NCBI GenBank assembly: GCA_963803825.1
Contig: CAWDOJ010000011.1
Location: forward strand, 211,170 to 275,169
From: an uncultured Verrucomicrobiae bacterium
GTDB lineage: Bacteria > Verrucomicrobiota > Verrucomicrobiia > Chthoniobacterales > JAATET01
DNA: 64,000 bases
Direction: 5' to 3'
How positions within the stretch are numbered: the stretch's first letter is position 1; each line of letters begins with the position of its first letter. Of this stretch, positions 27,797-36,970 are shown in pieces. The notes under the pieces were generated by a model, which ran no database searches, had not been told where the DNA came from, and saw nothing but the letters and a program-made list of their open reading frames with translations. Position numbers and translations under genes: made by a program.

Positions 27797-29214
27797 AATT
27801 CGACCCTCAAAATCGAGAAATCATCCTGCAGCGGCTTCCCCGCCCGCAACTCGTGCACCCAAGCCAGCAGCGCTTCCAACCCGTCCGCGTCCGAGCCTTT
27901 CTTCAACATGAGGTCCTCGAAGTCTTCAAAATCGATCATCGTCCCATCTTCCCGGGTCACCTCGTAAGTCCCGTCGCAAAGCACGACAAGCCGATCTCCG
28001 TCCCGAAGCTCGATCTCCGCATCGGCAAACGTCATGTCCTCCATCGCACCGATCATCATCCCCTGCGTGCGGATCCGCTCGACGCCGCCGTCGCGCAATA
28101 AAAGCGCCGGTGGGTGCCCTCCGCTCGCGTAGCGCAACCGCCGCGTCGGGGCGTGCACGACGCCATACCAGATCGTGAAATACATGTTATTCTGATTCTC
28201 CATCAGAAACGCGTTGTTCAATGCCCCGAGCACCTCGCCAGGATTTCGAAAATCCGTCCGAGCCAGCGAACCCGACCGGATCACGTTGATCGCGGTGACC
28301 GACAACAAAGCCGCCCCCACCCCGTGTCCACACACGTCGAGAAGATAGATCGCGAAATGCTCGTCGTCGATCCAGTGGTAACCAAACGCGTCCCCGCCCA
28401 GCTCTCCGCACGGTTCGTAGCTCCAGTCGATCCGGTAGGGTTCCGCCATCGGTGCCGGGATGATCGACCGCACGTAGTTTGCCGCCTCTTGCAATTCCTC
28501 CGAGAGCCGAGCCTGCGTCCGCTCGATCGTTCGCAGATATTCGCGCTCCTGATCGCGAAAACGCTTCTTCTCCAGGCTAGCTCCGAGCCGCGCCCGTAGC
28601 AGCGTCGGATTGAACGGCTTCGGAAGGTAATCCTCCGCACCCGCCTCGATGCACCGCACCACACTCCCGATCTCGTCCAACGCCGAGATCATGATGACGG
28701 GAATGTGCCGCAGATTATCGTCCGCTTTCATCCGCAGAAGCGCGGTGCTGCCGTCCACGTTCGGCATCATCACATCCAGCAGGACGAGGTCGAATTCCTG
28801 GTCTCTCAGGACGGCTAGCGCCCGCTCGCCGTCCACGGCCTCCACGACAGAATACCCCTCCCGCGCCAATCGCCGCGAGAGCACCTCTCGGTTCTCGGCG
28901 TCGTCGTCCACCACCAGCAGATGGCCTTCGCCCCGCCCAGGTGAGATGGGGTTCACGGGGGCTGCGGTTGTCGGGTCCGCCTCCCCGACGGTCGCGGTCG
29001 GGGCTTGGCTCGCACCCCCCTCCCGCAGATTCACGTCGATCAACTCCAGCAGTCGCCGCGCCGCCGCCCGCACCTTGGCCAGGTCGGAGACGAGGTCTTG
29101 CCGTCCGAGATCGGCCAGCTCTTCGGCGACCATCTCGCCGTAGCCCACGATGTGGTTGATCGGCGTCCTGAGTTCGTGCCGCAACGTTGCTAGACTATCC
29201 TCGTCGCCACTCAT
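27793..29214 (-). CDS. HisKA-like / receiver / PP2C (SpoIIE) serine phosphatase fusion
   Basis: LRHELRTPINHIVGYGEMV (H-box, with no ATPase lobe after it); REC HLLVVDDDAENREV...LVLLDVMMPNVDG...PVIMISA...KP; PP2C-type GELGGDAFGY...YLLDVCGHGVGAALL...GGHP. Confidence 0.8.
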   Translation of the reverse strand: MSGDEDSLATLRHELRTPINHIVGYGEMVAEELADLGRQDLVSDLAKVRAAARRLLELIDVNLREGGASQAPTATVGEADPTTAAPVNPISPGRGEGHLLVVDDDAENREVLSRRLAREGYSVVEAVDGERALAVLRDQEFDLVLLDVMMPNVDGSTALLRMKADDNLRHIPVIMISALDEIGSVVRCIEAGAEDYLPKPFNPTLLRARLGASLEKKRFRDQEREYLRTIERTQARLSEELQEAANYVRSIIPAPMAEPYRIDWSYEPCGELGGDAFGYHWIDDEHFAIYLLDVCGHGVGAALLSVTAINVIRSGSLARTDFRNPGEVLGALNNAFLMENQNNMYFTIWYGVVHAPTRRLRYASGGHPPALLLRDGGVERIRTQGMMIGAMEDMTFADAEIELRDGDRLVVLCDGTYEVTREDGTMIDFEDFEDLMLKKGSDADGLEALLAWVHELRAGKPLQDDFSILRVEF

Positions 29215-29591
29215 CTCTGATCGGCCACTCGAGCCAACTGCGCCGCGATCTTCTCGAGCAATCGGGGCAATTCGATCGGCTTCGTGTCGTAGTCGTCGCA
29301 GCCCGCTTCCAAAGTCTTCTCCCGGTCCCCCGCCATGGCGTGCGCCGTGAGCGCGATGATCGGGATGCCTCGCGTCGCTTCGTCACCCTTCAACCGCCGC
29401 GTTGCTTCCCAACCATCGATCACCGGCAGACTCATGTCCATGAGCACGAGTTCTGGGCGCTCCGACTTCGCCAGATCGACGCCCTGCTGACCGTCGACCG
29501 CGATGATGACGTCGTGATCCCGACGGGCCAGCCGCCGACTCAACATGTCGCGGTTCATTTCATTGTCTTCAACGAGAAGGATCTTGGCCAT
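29211..29591 (-). CDS. single-domain CheY-like response regulator
   Basis: [15 protein letters not shown]...[15 protein letters not shown]...IIALTAHAM...YDTKP. ATGA overlap with the downstream gene. Confidence 0.85.
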   Translation of the reverse strand: MAKILLVEDNEMNRDMLSRRLARRDHDVIIAVDGQQGVDLAKSERPELVLMDMSLPVIDGWEATRRLKGDEATRGIPIIALTAHAMAGDREKTLEAGCDDYDTKPIELPRLLEKIAAQLARVADQR

Positions 29592-32319
29592 GGGATGCGG
29601 TCGGGTCGGATGTCTGGGCGAGGAGTTGGCACACGTCCTGGAGAAGTTGGTCGCGATCCATCCCGCTTTTCTGAATCACCGATTGGACGCCTCCATTCAA
29701 ATTTTCGCGGTCGGCGGGCGACAAGTTCTTCGCCGTCACCACCACGACCGGGATCCGTTTTAGCTCCGGGTCGCGTCGAAGGCACGCCAGAAACTCGAAG
29801 CCATTCATCACCGGCATCATCAGATCCAGCAACACGACCCCCGGGCGTTCCCGTCGGGCGACGTCCAGTCCTTCGGCGCCGTTCGCCGCTTCGAAGACGC
29901 GCAGGCCCGCTTTCTCGAGCAATCGTCTGAGCATCTCCCGATTTGCCGCGTCGTCCTCGACGACCAGCGCCGCGTCGACACCTCCATCCAGATACCTCGC
30001 GATGACCGCCCGCAACCGGGCCGCGTCGACGGGCTTGGTGAGATAGTCCGTCGCACCAAGCGAAAAACCCAATTGCTGATCCCGCAACATCGTCGCCATC
30101 AGCACCGGGATGTCCGCCGTCGTTCGATCCGACCGCAGAGCCGACAGCACCGACCAACCGTCCATTCCGGGCATCATCACGTCGAGCGTGATCGCGTCGG
30201 GTCGGCACGACTTCGCTAGCTCGAGACCTTGCTCGCCACCCGCCGCCACGAGCACCCGGTAGCCACTCTTCTCGAGGGTCCGCCGGTAGAGTTCCCGCGC
30301 ATCCGAGTCGTCATCGACGACCAACACCGTCCGACCTGTCGCCACGACTTCGACCACCTCGGCCTCGAGCTCGTCCACCGTCGACTCCCGTTGAACGACC
30401 TCCACCGGCAGATCCACCGTAAAGGTCGAGCCAACTCCAGCCTCGCTTTCTACCGTGATGTCGCCCCCCATCATCCGGCAAAACTCCCGGCTGATCACCA
30501 GGCCCAGACCCGTTCCTCCGTATTTGCGCGTGGTCGATTCGTCGGCTTGGGAGAAAGAGCGAAACAATTTACCGACCTGCTCCGGAGTCATGCCGATCCC
30601 GGTGTCGGTCACCCGCAGGCGGACCCGCCCGTCCACCCGGTCCGCTCGGAGAACGATCGCTCCGTGATCCGTGAACTTCGAGGCGTTGCTGAGCAGGTTG
30701 AAAAGCGTCTGCCGCACCTTCGTCAGGTCAGCCCGCATGCATCCCAGGCCATCTGCGAGTTCTAGTTCGAGGGCGTTTCCGTTCTTCGCGAGCAGCGTCT
30801 GCACCGTCGCCACCACCTCGTTCAACGTCTCCGCGACGTCAAATTCTTCCACGTACAACGTCATCTTCCCGGCCTCGATCTTCGACAGGTCCAGCACGTC
30901 GTTGATCAGCTCCAGCAGGTGTTTGCCCGCACCCTGGATCTTCCGCAAGTCCGGTCCAAAATCGTCTTGCCCGAGCTCCTCGCTCTCCTCGATCAACATC
31001 TCACTGTAACCGATGATTGCGTTCATCGGTGTCCGCAACTCGTGACTCATGTTGGCCAGAAACGCGCTCTTCGTTCGGTTCGCTTCCTCGGCTTGATCAC
31101 GGGCGTCGGCGAGTTCTGCCGTCCGCTGGCGCACCCGTTCCTCCATCGTCTCGACCATGTCTCGAAGTTGCGAAGTCATCCGATTGAAGTCCCGACCGAG
31201 TTGTCCGATCTCATTCTGCGTCACGATGTCGACCGACCGATCCAATTGGCCCCGCGAGACCGCCGACACGGCCCGCGTCAACGCCTCGATCGGCTCGGAA
31301 AAGGATCGCGCCACGAACCAAGCCGCCAGCGCGGCAAGTATCACGGCGATGATCGCCACCGCCGCCGCCAATCGCGCGAGCGAGGCCACGGGCGCAAACG
31401 CCTCGTCCGCGTCGATCTTGACCACGACCCCCCACTGCAGCGCGGGTAGGTATTGCCACACCGCCAGCACGCGCTCTCCCCGGTAGTCCGTCACGATCCC
31501 CGAGCCCCGTTGACCAGAGGCACTCTCGACGATCGCGGCGCCCGCCGGATCGCCGATCATCACCCGCCTCTCGAAGGCTGCGTCAGGATCGTGCCGCGTC
31601 GGCGCGACCAGCAGAGCCGCGTCCCCTTCCAGCGTAGCGACGACCATCTCCCCCGTCTCGCCGAGGCCGACCGTGTCATTCACCACGTCGTTGACCTCGT
31701 CCAGATCCAGGCGCACCGCGAGCACTCCCAGAAAGATCCCGTCGGAAAGAACTGGCGTCGCAAAGAAAGTGGCCGCGCGGTCGTCCGGCTCGAATACCGC
31801 GAGGTCCGATTGCACCGTGCCCAGCGTCATCAGACTGGTGGCCACCGCCCGCCCCAGCCCGGTCTCAGCGAGCGGAGGGCGCAGCACGTTGCCCGTCACG
31901 TCGTCGTTGCCGTCGGCTTTGACCACGATCTCCCCCGCAGGATCGATCAGATAAACTTGCTCCAGATTCATCGCCACGCGGAATCGCTCCAACAATCGGC
32001 CATGACGCGCGACCGCGATCCGGTAGCTGAAGTTCGCCCCTCCACCCGTCGCCTCCACCGCCGCCGCAAACAGGCGCAACGCGTCCGCCGGCGTCCCGCT
32101 GTCGGCCAGAGCCGTGAGACTCTGTTCCTTCGACTGCAGGAACTCTTCGATCTGCCCGCCCTGCCGCATACCGATGGCAGCCAGATTCGTCTTGATCACG
32201 TCGCTCAACAGCTGGCGCGAAGCCGAGTAATTCAACCAAGTCCCGAATCCCAGCGGCACCAGCGCTAAGAGCAAGAACCAGACGATCAGTTCGGTCGAGA
32301 TCCGTCGCTGCGGCTTCAT
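29569..32319 (-). CDS. Cache-HAMP hybrid sensor histidine kinase with two receiver domains
   Basis: A TM segment, a ~300-aa periplasmic Cache-like domain ([31 protein letters not shown]), a second [17 protein letters not shown], HATPase ([15 protein letters not shown]), then two RECs ([13 protein letters not shown]...; [13 protein letters not shown]...). Confidence 0.85.
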   Translation of the reverse strand: MKPQRRISTELIVWFLLLALVPLGFGTWLNYSASRQLLSDVIKTNLAAIGMRQGGQIEEFLQSKEQSLTALADSGTPADALRLFAAAVEATGGGANFSYRIAVARHGRLLERFRVAMNLEQVYLIDPAGEIVVKADGNDDVTGNVLRPPLAETGLGRAVATSLMTLGTVQSDLAVFEPDDRAATFFATPVLSDGIFLGVLAVRLDLDEVNDVVNDTVGLGETGEMVVATLEGDAALLVAPTRHDPDAAFERRVMIGDPAGAAIVESASGQRGSGIVTDYRGERVLAVWQYLPALQWGVVVKIDADEAFAPVASLARLAAAVAIIAVILAALAAWFVARSFSEPIEALTRAVSAVSRGQLDRSVDIVTQNEIGQLGRDFNRMTSQLRDMVETMEERVRQRTAELADARDQAEEANRTKSAFLANMSHELRTPMNAIIGYSEMLIEESEELGQDDFGPDLRKIQGAGKHLLELINDVLDLSKIEAGKMTLYVEEFDVAETLNEVVATVQTLLAKNGNALELELADGLGCMRADLTKVRQTLFNLLSNASKFTDHGAIVLRADRVDGRVRLRVTDTGIGMTPEQVGKLFRSFSQADESTTRKYGGTGLGLVISREFCRMMGGDITVESEAGVGSTFTVDLPVEVVQRESTVDELEAEVVEVVATGRTVLVVDDDSDARELYRRTLEKSGYRVLVAAGGEQGLELAKSCRPDAITLDVMMPGMDGWSVLSALRSDRTTADIPVLMATMLRDQQLGFSLGATDYLTKPVDAARLRAVIARYLDGGVDAALVVEDDAANREMLRRLLEKAGLRVFEAANGAEGLDVARRERPGVVLLDLMMPVMNGFEFLACLRRDPELKRIPVVVVTAKNLSPADRENLNGGVQSVIQKSGMDRDQLLQDVCQLLAQTSDPTASHGQDPSR

Positions 32320-33569
32320 GGATGACCGCCCTCCGGGTTAGTCCAATCACCTCCCCAATCTTGTCGCAAGTCCTCGAGAGTCCGCTCCCAATCGCGTCGA
32401 GTCCGAAAGATGGGGAACGGCATCGGCCGCACTGGCTTGTCCGATGCCCAGACCAAGTCAAATTGCCCGTCCGCGCGCACCCGTCCGATCCGCACCGATT
32501 TCCAGGTGTGCTGCGTGTCTGCGTCCACGTAGACGAGTCCTTCCGGCGAGTGAAAACCCTGCCCACCGATCACCCGCCGCACCGCGCCGGGATCGGGCGA
32601 TTTTGCCGCCCGCACCGCCCCCGCCCACAGGTTGACCGCCGCGTAGGCCGCCACCATGGGATCCGAAGTCACCGCGTCCGCCCCAAACCGCTCCTTGTAG
32701 GCCGAGATAAAATCTCGATTGAGCTCCGCATCCAAACTTTGGAAATAATTCCACGCCGCGTAGTCGCCCGTCATCGCCTCAGCGTCCATCTGGGCGAGTT
32801 CCGTCTCGGCGATGCTAAACGACATCGTCGGGATTTTGTCGGGCGTCACCCCCGCCGCCCGGAGCGCCGCAAAAAACGCCACGTTGGAGTCGCCATTGAT
32901 CGAGTTGAGAATCACGTCGGGCTCGGCTTCCACAATCGCTTCGACGAGGGGAGCCACGCTCGTCCCGCCCAGCGGCAGATATCGCTCACCGACCACCCGC
33001 CCGCCGAGGGCTTTGACCTGATCCCTGATCACCGCATTCGCCATCCGCGGAAAGACGTAATCGGATCCAACCAGAAACACTCGCGGACCAAACTCCCGGA
33101 GGGCGTAACTGACCGCCGGGACCACCTGCTGATTCGGCGTCGCCCCGGTGTAGACGACATTCGGCGATTGCTCGATCCCTTCGTATTGCAGCGGGTAAAA
33201 AAGGAGCCCATCCGCCGCTTCGACCACCGGGACCACCGCCTTCCGACTCGCCGACGTCCAGCATCCGAAGATTACACTCACTCCCTCTTTCTCGATCAGA
33301 CGCGTAGCCTCCGCAGCGAAGATGCGCGGATCCGATGCGCCGTCGACGACCACGGGCTTGATCTGGCGGCCCAACAATCCACCGCGCGCGTTGATTTCCT
33401 CGATCGCAAGCAGCGTCGCGTTCTCGACGGCCTGCTCGCTCATCGCCATCGTGCCGGACTGCGAATGCAGAACCCCAACGCGAATCGGCTCCACCGACAT
33501 CGGCGAACAACCCGTCCCGAGCCAGAGCAGTCCCGCCGAGCCGACGAGCCGAGCGAACAACGACTTCAC
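32316..33569 (-). CDS. lipoprotein, type I periplasmic binding fold (UrtA/AmiC/Liv-like SBP)
   Basis: The GTG at 33569 gives a signal with lipobox [24 protein letters not shown]...[16 protein letters not shown]...[12 protein letters not shown]...YPLQYEG resembles urea/amide-binding UrtA/AmiC proteins. ATGA overlap with the kinase. Confidence 0.75.
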   Translation of the reverse strand: MKSLFARLVGSAGLLWLGTGCSPMSVEPIRVGVLHSQSGTMAMSEQAVENATLLAIEEINARGGLLGRQIKPVVVDGASDPRIFAAEATRLIEKEGVSVIFGCWTSASRKAVVPVVEAADGLLFYPLQYEGIEQSPNVVYTGATPNQQVVPAVSYALREFGPRVFLVGSDYVFPRMANAVIRDQVKALGGRVVGERYLPLGGTSVAPLVEAIVEAEPDVILNSINGDSNVAFFAALRAAGVTPDKIPTMSFSIAETELAQMDAEAMTGDYAAWNYFQSLDAELNRDFISAYKERFGADAVTSDPMVAAYAAVNLWAGAVRAAKSPDPGAVRRVIGGQGFHSPEGLVYVDADTQHTWKSVRIGRVRADGQFDLVWASDKPVRPMPFPIFRTRRDWERTLEDLRQDWGGDWTNPEGGHP

Positions 33570-33577
33570 CTAGCGGA

Positions 33578-34675
33578 CTAAGCGCGCACGACGGGGAGCC
33601 GGGCGACAAACTGCATCTCGCCGCTGTTCCCCAGTTGGCAGTCGACCGTCCCCTTGGCGTATTCGGCGATCTTGCGGCACGTCGCCAGCTCAAGTCCCAA
33701 TCCATTCTGCCCCGTGGCACCAGCCGCAGGCTGTTTCGCGCCGAACAGCGCGTTGATTCGGTCCGCATTCCCACCATCGCGACCGTCGTTCACCCGGTCG
33801 ACGACCAACCGCAGCTCTTCCTCTTGCTCGACTTCGTCAATCTGCACGCTGAATCGCACGGAAATCGACCCCCGAGTCGCCATCCTGATCAACTTTCGAG
33901 CCACCATGAGAATGGATCGCTCGGGGCCCAGGTACCGCTGGCCGGTCGGACAGAAATCGTGGAATTCGAGCGTGATCGCTCGTTCGCGAGTCTGCTCGAT
34001 CAATGGCAGGAACACCACCTCGGGGAGAAATGCGCTCTGCACGCCAGCTTCCGCCAGGTGGGAGGCACTCACGTAGTCCACGATCTCCATGAGGATGTCG
34101 TGCAGCTGCCGACCAGAAGTCTGGATTTCTTTGATCCAACCCGCCCGCTCCGCGTCCAGTGGCTCGTGGGCGAGCAAGTCGGAGAACCCGAGCACGATGT
34201 TCAGCGGTGTGTTAAACTCATGGCAGAGGAGGGAAAAAAATGTGTCGTGCACACTCATCAAGCGCGCCTGCATCTCTTGCGTCCGCAGGCTTTCCTGATC
34301 GTAGTCGGCAAACCCGCGCGAGATGACCGCCTTGAGGTGGCTTCGCTCAAAGGGCTTCAGGAGGTAATTAAAAGCACCATAATTCACCGCCGCGATGGCG
34401 CTCTCCGTGCTCTCGTGCGCCGTGAGGATGATGACCTTCTGAAGCTCACGGAGTTGCTTCAAGCGCTTGAGTGTCTCGATACCCGTGAGGCCTTCCATGC
34501 AGAGATCGAGCAAGACCACCGGATAGGATTCTTCCGCTACGGCGAGGAGAGCCTCTTCACCCGACGCGACCGTCCGGACATCGTACTCGTCTCGCAAGCA
34601 CAGGCTGAGAGTCTGCCGAACCAACGGCTCGTCGTCGACGACGAGGACCTTGCGGAGTGGAGGGCCGGCAGTCAT
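33578..34675 (-). CDS. receiver-histidine kinase fusion (REC-HisKA-HATPase)
   Basis: The ATG at 34675 gives MTAGPPLRKVLVVDDEPLV...VVLLDLCMEGLTG...ILTAH...LLKP. Then H-box LLCHEFNTPLNIV and an ATPase lobe (GLGLELATCRKIAEYAKGT). Confidence 0.8.
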   Translation of the reverse strand: MTAGPPLRKVLVVDDEPLVRQTLSLCLRDEYDVRTVASGEEALLAVAEESYPVVLLDLCMEGLTGIETLKRLKQLRELQKVIILTAHESTESAIAAVNYGAFNYLLKPFERSHLKAVISRGFADYDQESLRTQEMQARLMSVHDTFFSLLCHEFNTPLNIVLGFSDLLAHEPLDAERAGWIKEIQTSGRQLHDILMEIVDYVSASHLAEAGVQSAFLPEVVFLPLIEQTRERAITLEFHDFCPTGQRYLGPERSILMVARKLIRMATRGSISVRFSVQIDEVEQEEELRLVVDRVNDGRDGGNADRINALFGAKQPAAGATGQNGLGLELATCRKIAEYAKGTVDCQLGNSGEMQFVARLPVVRA

Positions 34676-34679
34676 GGGT

Positions 34680-35882
34680 TCAGCGCTTGCGGTTCGAGGG
34701 GTTTCCAAGGCTCTTGGTGAGCAACAGGTCCTCGGGACTGGAACTATCGATCTCGATCGGCAAAAATAGCGAGAGGGAAAGTCCACCTTTTTCGTTGATC
34801 CGCGCGGTCAGCGACCCCCCGTGGTGGCGGACGATGAAGTAGCACGACACGAGAAAGACCCCGAATTCGCGCGGATTGGATCCGCGCAAATTGAAGGGAT
34901 GCAGCAGGCTTTCTGGGCAAGTGTGCTGTGCCACCGGGACAAAGTCGTCAAATTCGATGAGCGCTCCGAGCACCTCGCCATCGACCACGTTGGCCCCGAT
35001 GGTGAGGTGGACCACGCTCTCCGCTGGCAGGGAGACGATCTCTTCCGCGATCATGAAGCGGAAAAGTTTCGCCATCTGGTCCGCCGACGCGTAGATCCTG
35101 GGCGTCGCCGGGTCGGTGAGCTTTTGGATCGCGAGCTTTTTCTGGTTGCGGATCACCTCGGTCTCGACCAAAGCCCGCGTCGCGAGCTCGTCCAGATCCA
35201 ACCAACTGAGCTCATCCCTTTTGGCGGGCTGACTCACCTGCTCGAGGTCCTTCAACGTCTGAGCGACGTCGTAGAGGTGGTCGCGAGTGCTGCGAACAAA
35301 GTCGAGGGGAAGGTCCGGAGTGCCGGAGGTGTTTTTCAGCAATTGCTCGATCACGAAAGTCAACGGGCAGAGCGCGTTGTGAATGTAGTGCCCGATTTTT
35401 GCCGACACCATCCCAACGTCCAGGACTCGATCTTCGAGGATCTTCGTCCGCAATTCGTCAAATTTCGTCGCGACGAGCTCGGCCTCCGTGGCTTGCTGTT
35501 CGTGCAATTCGATCGCGTTTTCAATGACGGTCTCCAACTCGCCGAGATCCCACGGCTTCGAGACAAAAGAGTACACTGCGCCCGAATTAATCGCTTCGAC
35601 GAGCACCGATTGTTCGGTGTAGGCGGTCGTCAAGATCCGGACCACCATCGGGTACTCTTCGCGGACTCGCTTGAGCAGATCCAGACCACTGGCGTCGGGC
35701 ATGCGCTGATCCGTCACCAGCACGCCAATCTCCCCCTCGAGCGTCTCGAGCAATCGAAGCGCCTCCGCTGCCGAGCCAACCGAATGAACGGGGAAGCGAT
35801 CTTCGAAAGCTCGCGAGAAATACTTCAAGGCAATCGCCTCGTCGTCCACCACCAGCACGCCTTTGCCTAGGATTCCCTTCAT
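34680..35882 (-). CDS. receiver fused to a divergent histidine-kinase-like domain (PhcR-like architecture)
   Basis: REC of the RpfG/PhcQ type: VLVVDDEAIALKYF...LVTDQRMPDASGLDLL...RILTTAYTEQ...SKPW. Then IGHYIHNALCPL (H-box-like) and a weak ATPase lobe (EFGVFLVSCYFIVRHHGGSL). Confidence 0.7.
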   Translation of the reverse strand: MKGILGKGVLVVDDEAIALKYFSRAFEDRFPVHSVGSAAEALRLLETLEGEIGVLVTDQRMPDASGLDLLKRVREEYPMVVRILTTAYTEQSVLVEAINSGAVYSFVSKPWDLGELETVIENAIELHEQQATEAELVATKFDELRTKILEDRVLDVGMVSAKIGHYIHNALCPLTFVIEQLLKNTSGTPDLPLDFVRSTRDHLYDVAQTLKDLEQVSQPAKRDELSWLDLDELATRALVETEVIRNQKKLAIQKLTDPATPRIYASADQMAKLFRFMIAEEIVSLPAESVVHLTIGANVVDGEVLGALIEFDDFVPVAQHTCPESLLHPFNLRGSNPREFGVFLVSCYFIVRHHGGSLTARINEKGGLSLSLFLPIEIDSSSPEDLLLTKSLGNPSNRKR

Positions 35883-36970
35883 ACGGTTTTTGTGGGAGCA
35901 AGACCCGCGAGGTCCGCCCGGCTGAATTGCTCGCGCAGCGCCTCGATCACCTCATCTGCCGCGACGTCATCGCCGCCGAGGTCAAATTCAAATTTCTCCA
36001 TCTTACCGGAGATCACCAAGCGCCCGCGCACTAGGGCCAGAGCGAACAGCGATCTCAACAGATGCACCGCCGTGGCGCTAGATTCCTTCTCCGCCAAAAC
36101 CCCGCCGAGAGAGCGAGCCAGGACCGCCCGCTCGACGGTCGCTTCCTTGAGCGACACTTCCGCAATCGCGCCGTTGGTCTCGGAACGAATCGAGTTCTTT
36201 TCTAGCCCGAGACTCTCCGCCATCGCGGCAGCCAGATCGCTCACGGCACCCGCAACCCGATCTTCCCCCGAGCCGCCCGCCGTCCGCACGGACTCGATGG
36301 CGTCGAGACAGGTGATCGCATTCGCGTACTCACCGGCAACGAGGCGGTGGATGTCGAAGTCGGCCGCGCTGGTCCCCGCAGCCGTCTTTGATCCCGCTGG
36401 ATTCAATTGGCTCGGGAGCACCTCGATCATCGCCGTCACGGCTCGCCGTAGACCGGCTTGTTCATCGGTCGCCCAACCGCGCGAGGCCAGCAGCAGCCAC
36501 TTCACGCGGTCGCTACAAAGCACCCGCTGCAGCGTGCTCATCTTCACGCCGAGCAGCTCGTCACGCTCCGTCAACACGTGATGATAGTCCGCCGCACGCT
36601 GCAGCACCATGCCGAGGTCCGGGACCTCCCAGGGCTTCACGACGTATTGATAAATGTGGCCCCGGTTGACGGCCTGGATCGCGCTCTCGAGATCGGAATA
36701 CGCCGTGGTGAGAATCCGGACGACGTGCGCGTATTCGTTCCGCACGATCTCGAGCAACTCAGCACCGAGCATTTCCGGCATGCGCTGATCCGAGATGACG
36801 ATGGCGATCTTGTCGGGATCGCGACGCAGTATCTCCAGACCCTCCTGGCCGGAGGTCGCGGTGAAAATCTCGAACTTCGTCGAGAAGGCGAGGCGAAAAT
36901 ATTTCAACGCCTTTTCTTCGTCGTCGATGTAGAGGATGCCGGTTTTGCGGCTGGATGGATTTGTTAGCAT
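35879..36970 (-). CDS. receiver domain protein with uncharacterised ~230-aa C-terminal domain (PhcQ-like architecture)
   Basis: The ATG at 36970 gives MLTNPSSRKTGILYIDDEEKALKYF...VISDQRMPEMLGAELL...RILTTAYSDL...VVKPW. I recognise no motif in the C-terminal half. Confidence 0.7.
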   Translation of the reverse strand: MLTNPSSRKTGILYIDDEEKALKYFRLAFSTKFEIFTATSGQEGLEILRRDPDKIAIVISDQRMPEMLGAELLEIVRNEYAHVVRILTTAYSDLESAIQAVNRGHIYQYVVKPWEVPDLGMVLQRAADYHHVLTERDELLGVKMSTLQRVLCSDRVKWLLLASRGWATDEQAGLRRAVTAMIEVLPSQLNPAGSKTAAGTSAADFDIHRLVAGEYANAITCLDAIESVRTAGGSGEDRVAGAVSDLAAAMAESLGLEKNSIRSETNGAIAEVSLKEATVERAVLARSLGGVLAEKESSATAVHLLRSLFALALVRGRLVISGKMEKFEFDLGGDDVAADEVIEALREQFSRADLAGLAPTKTV

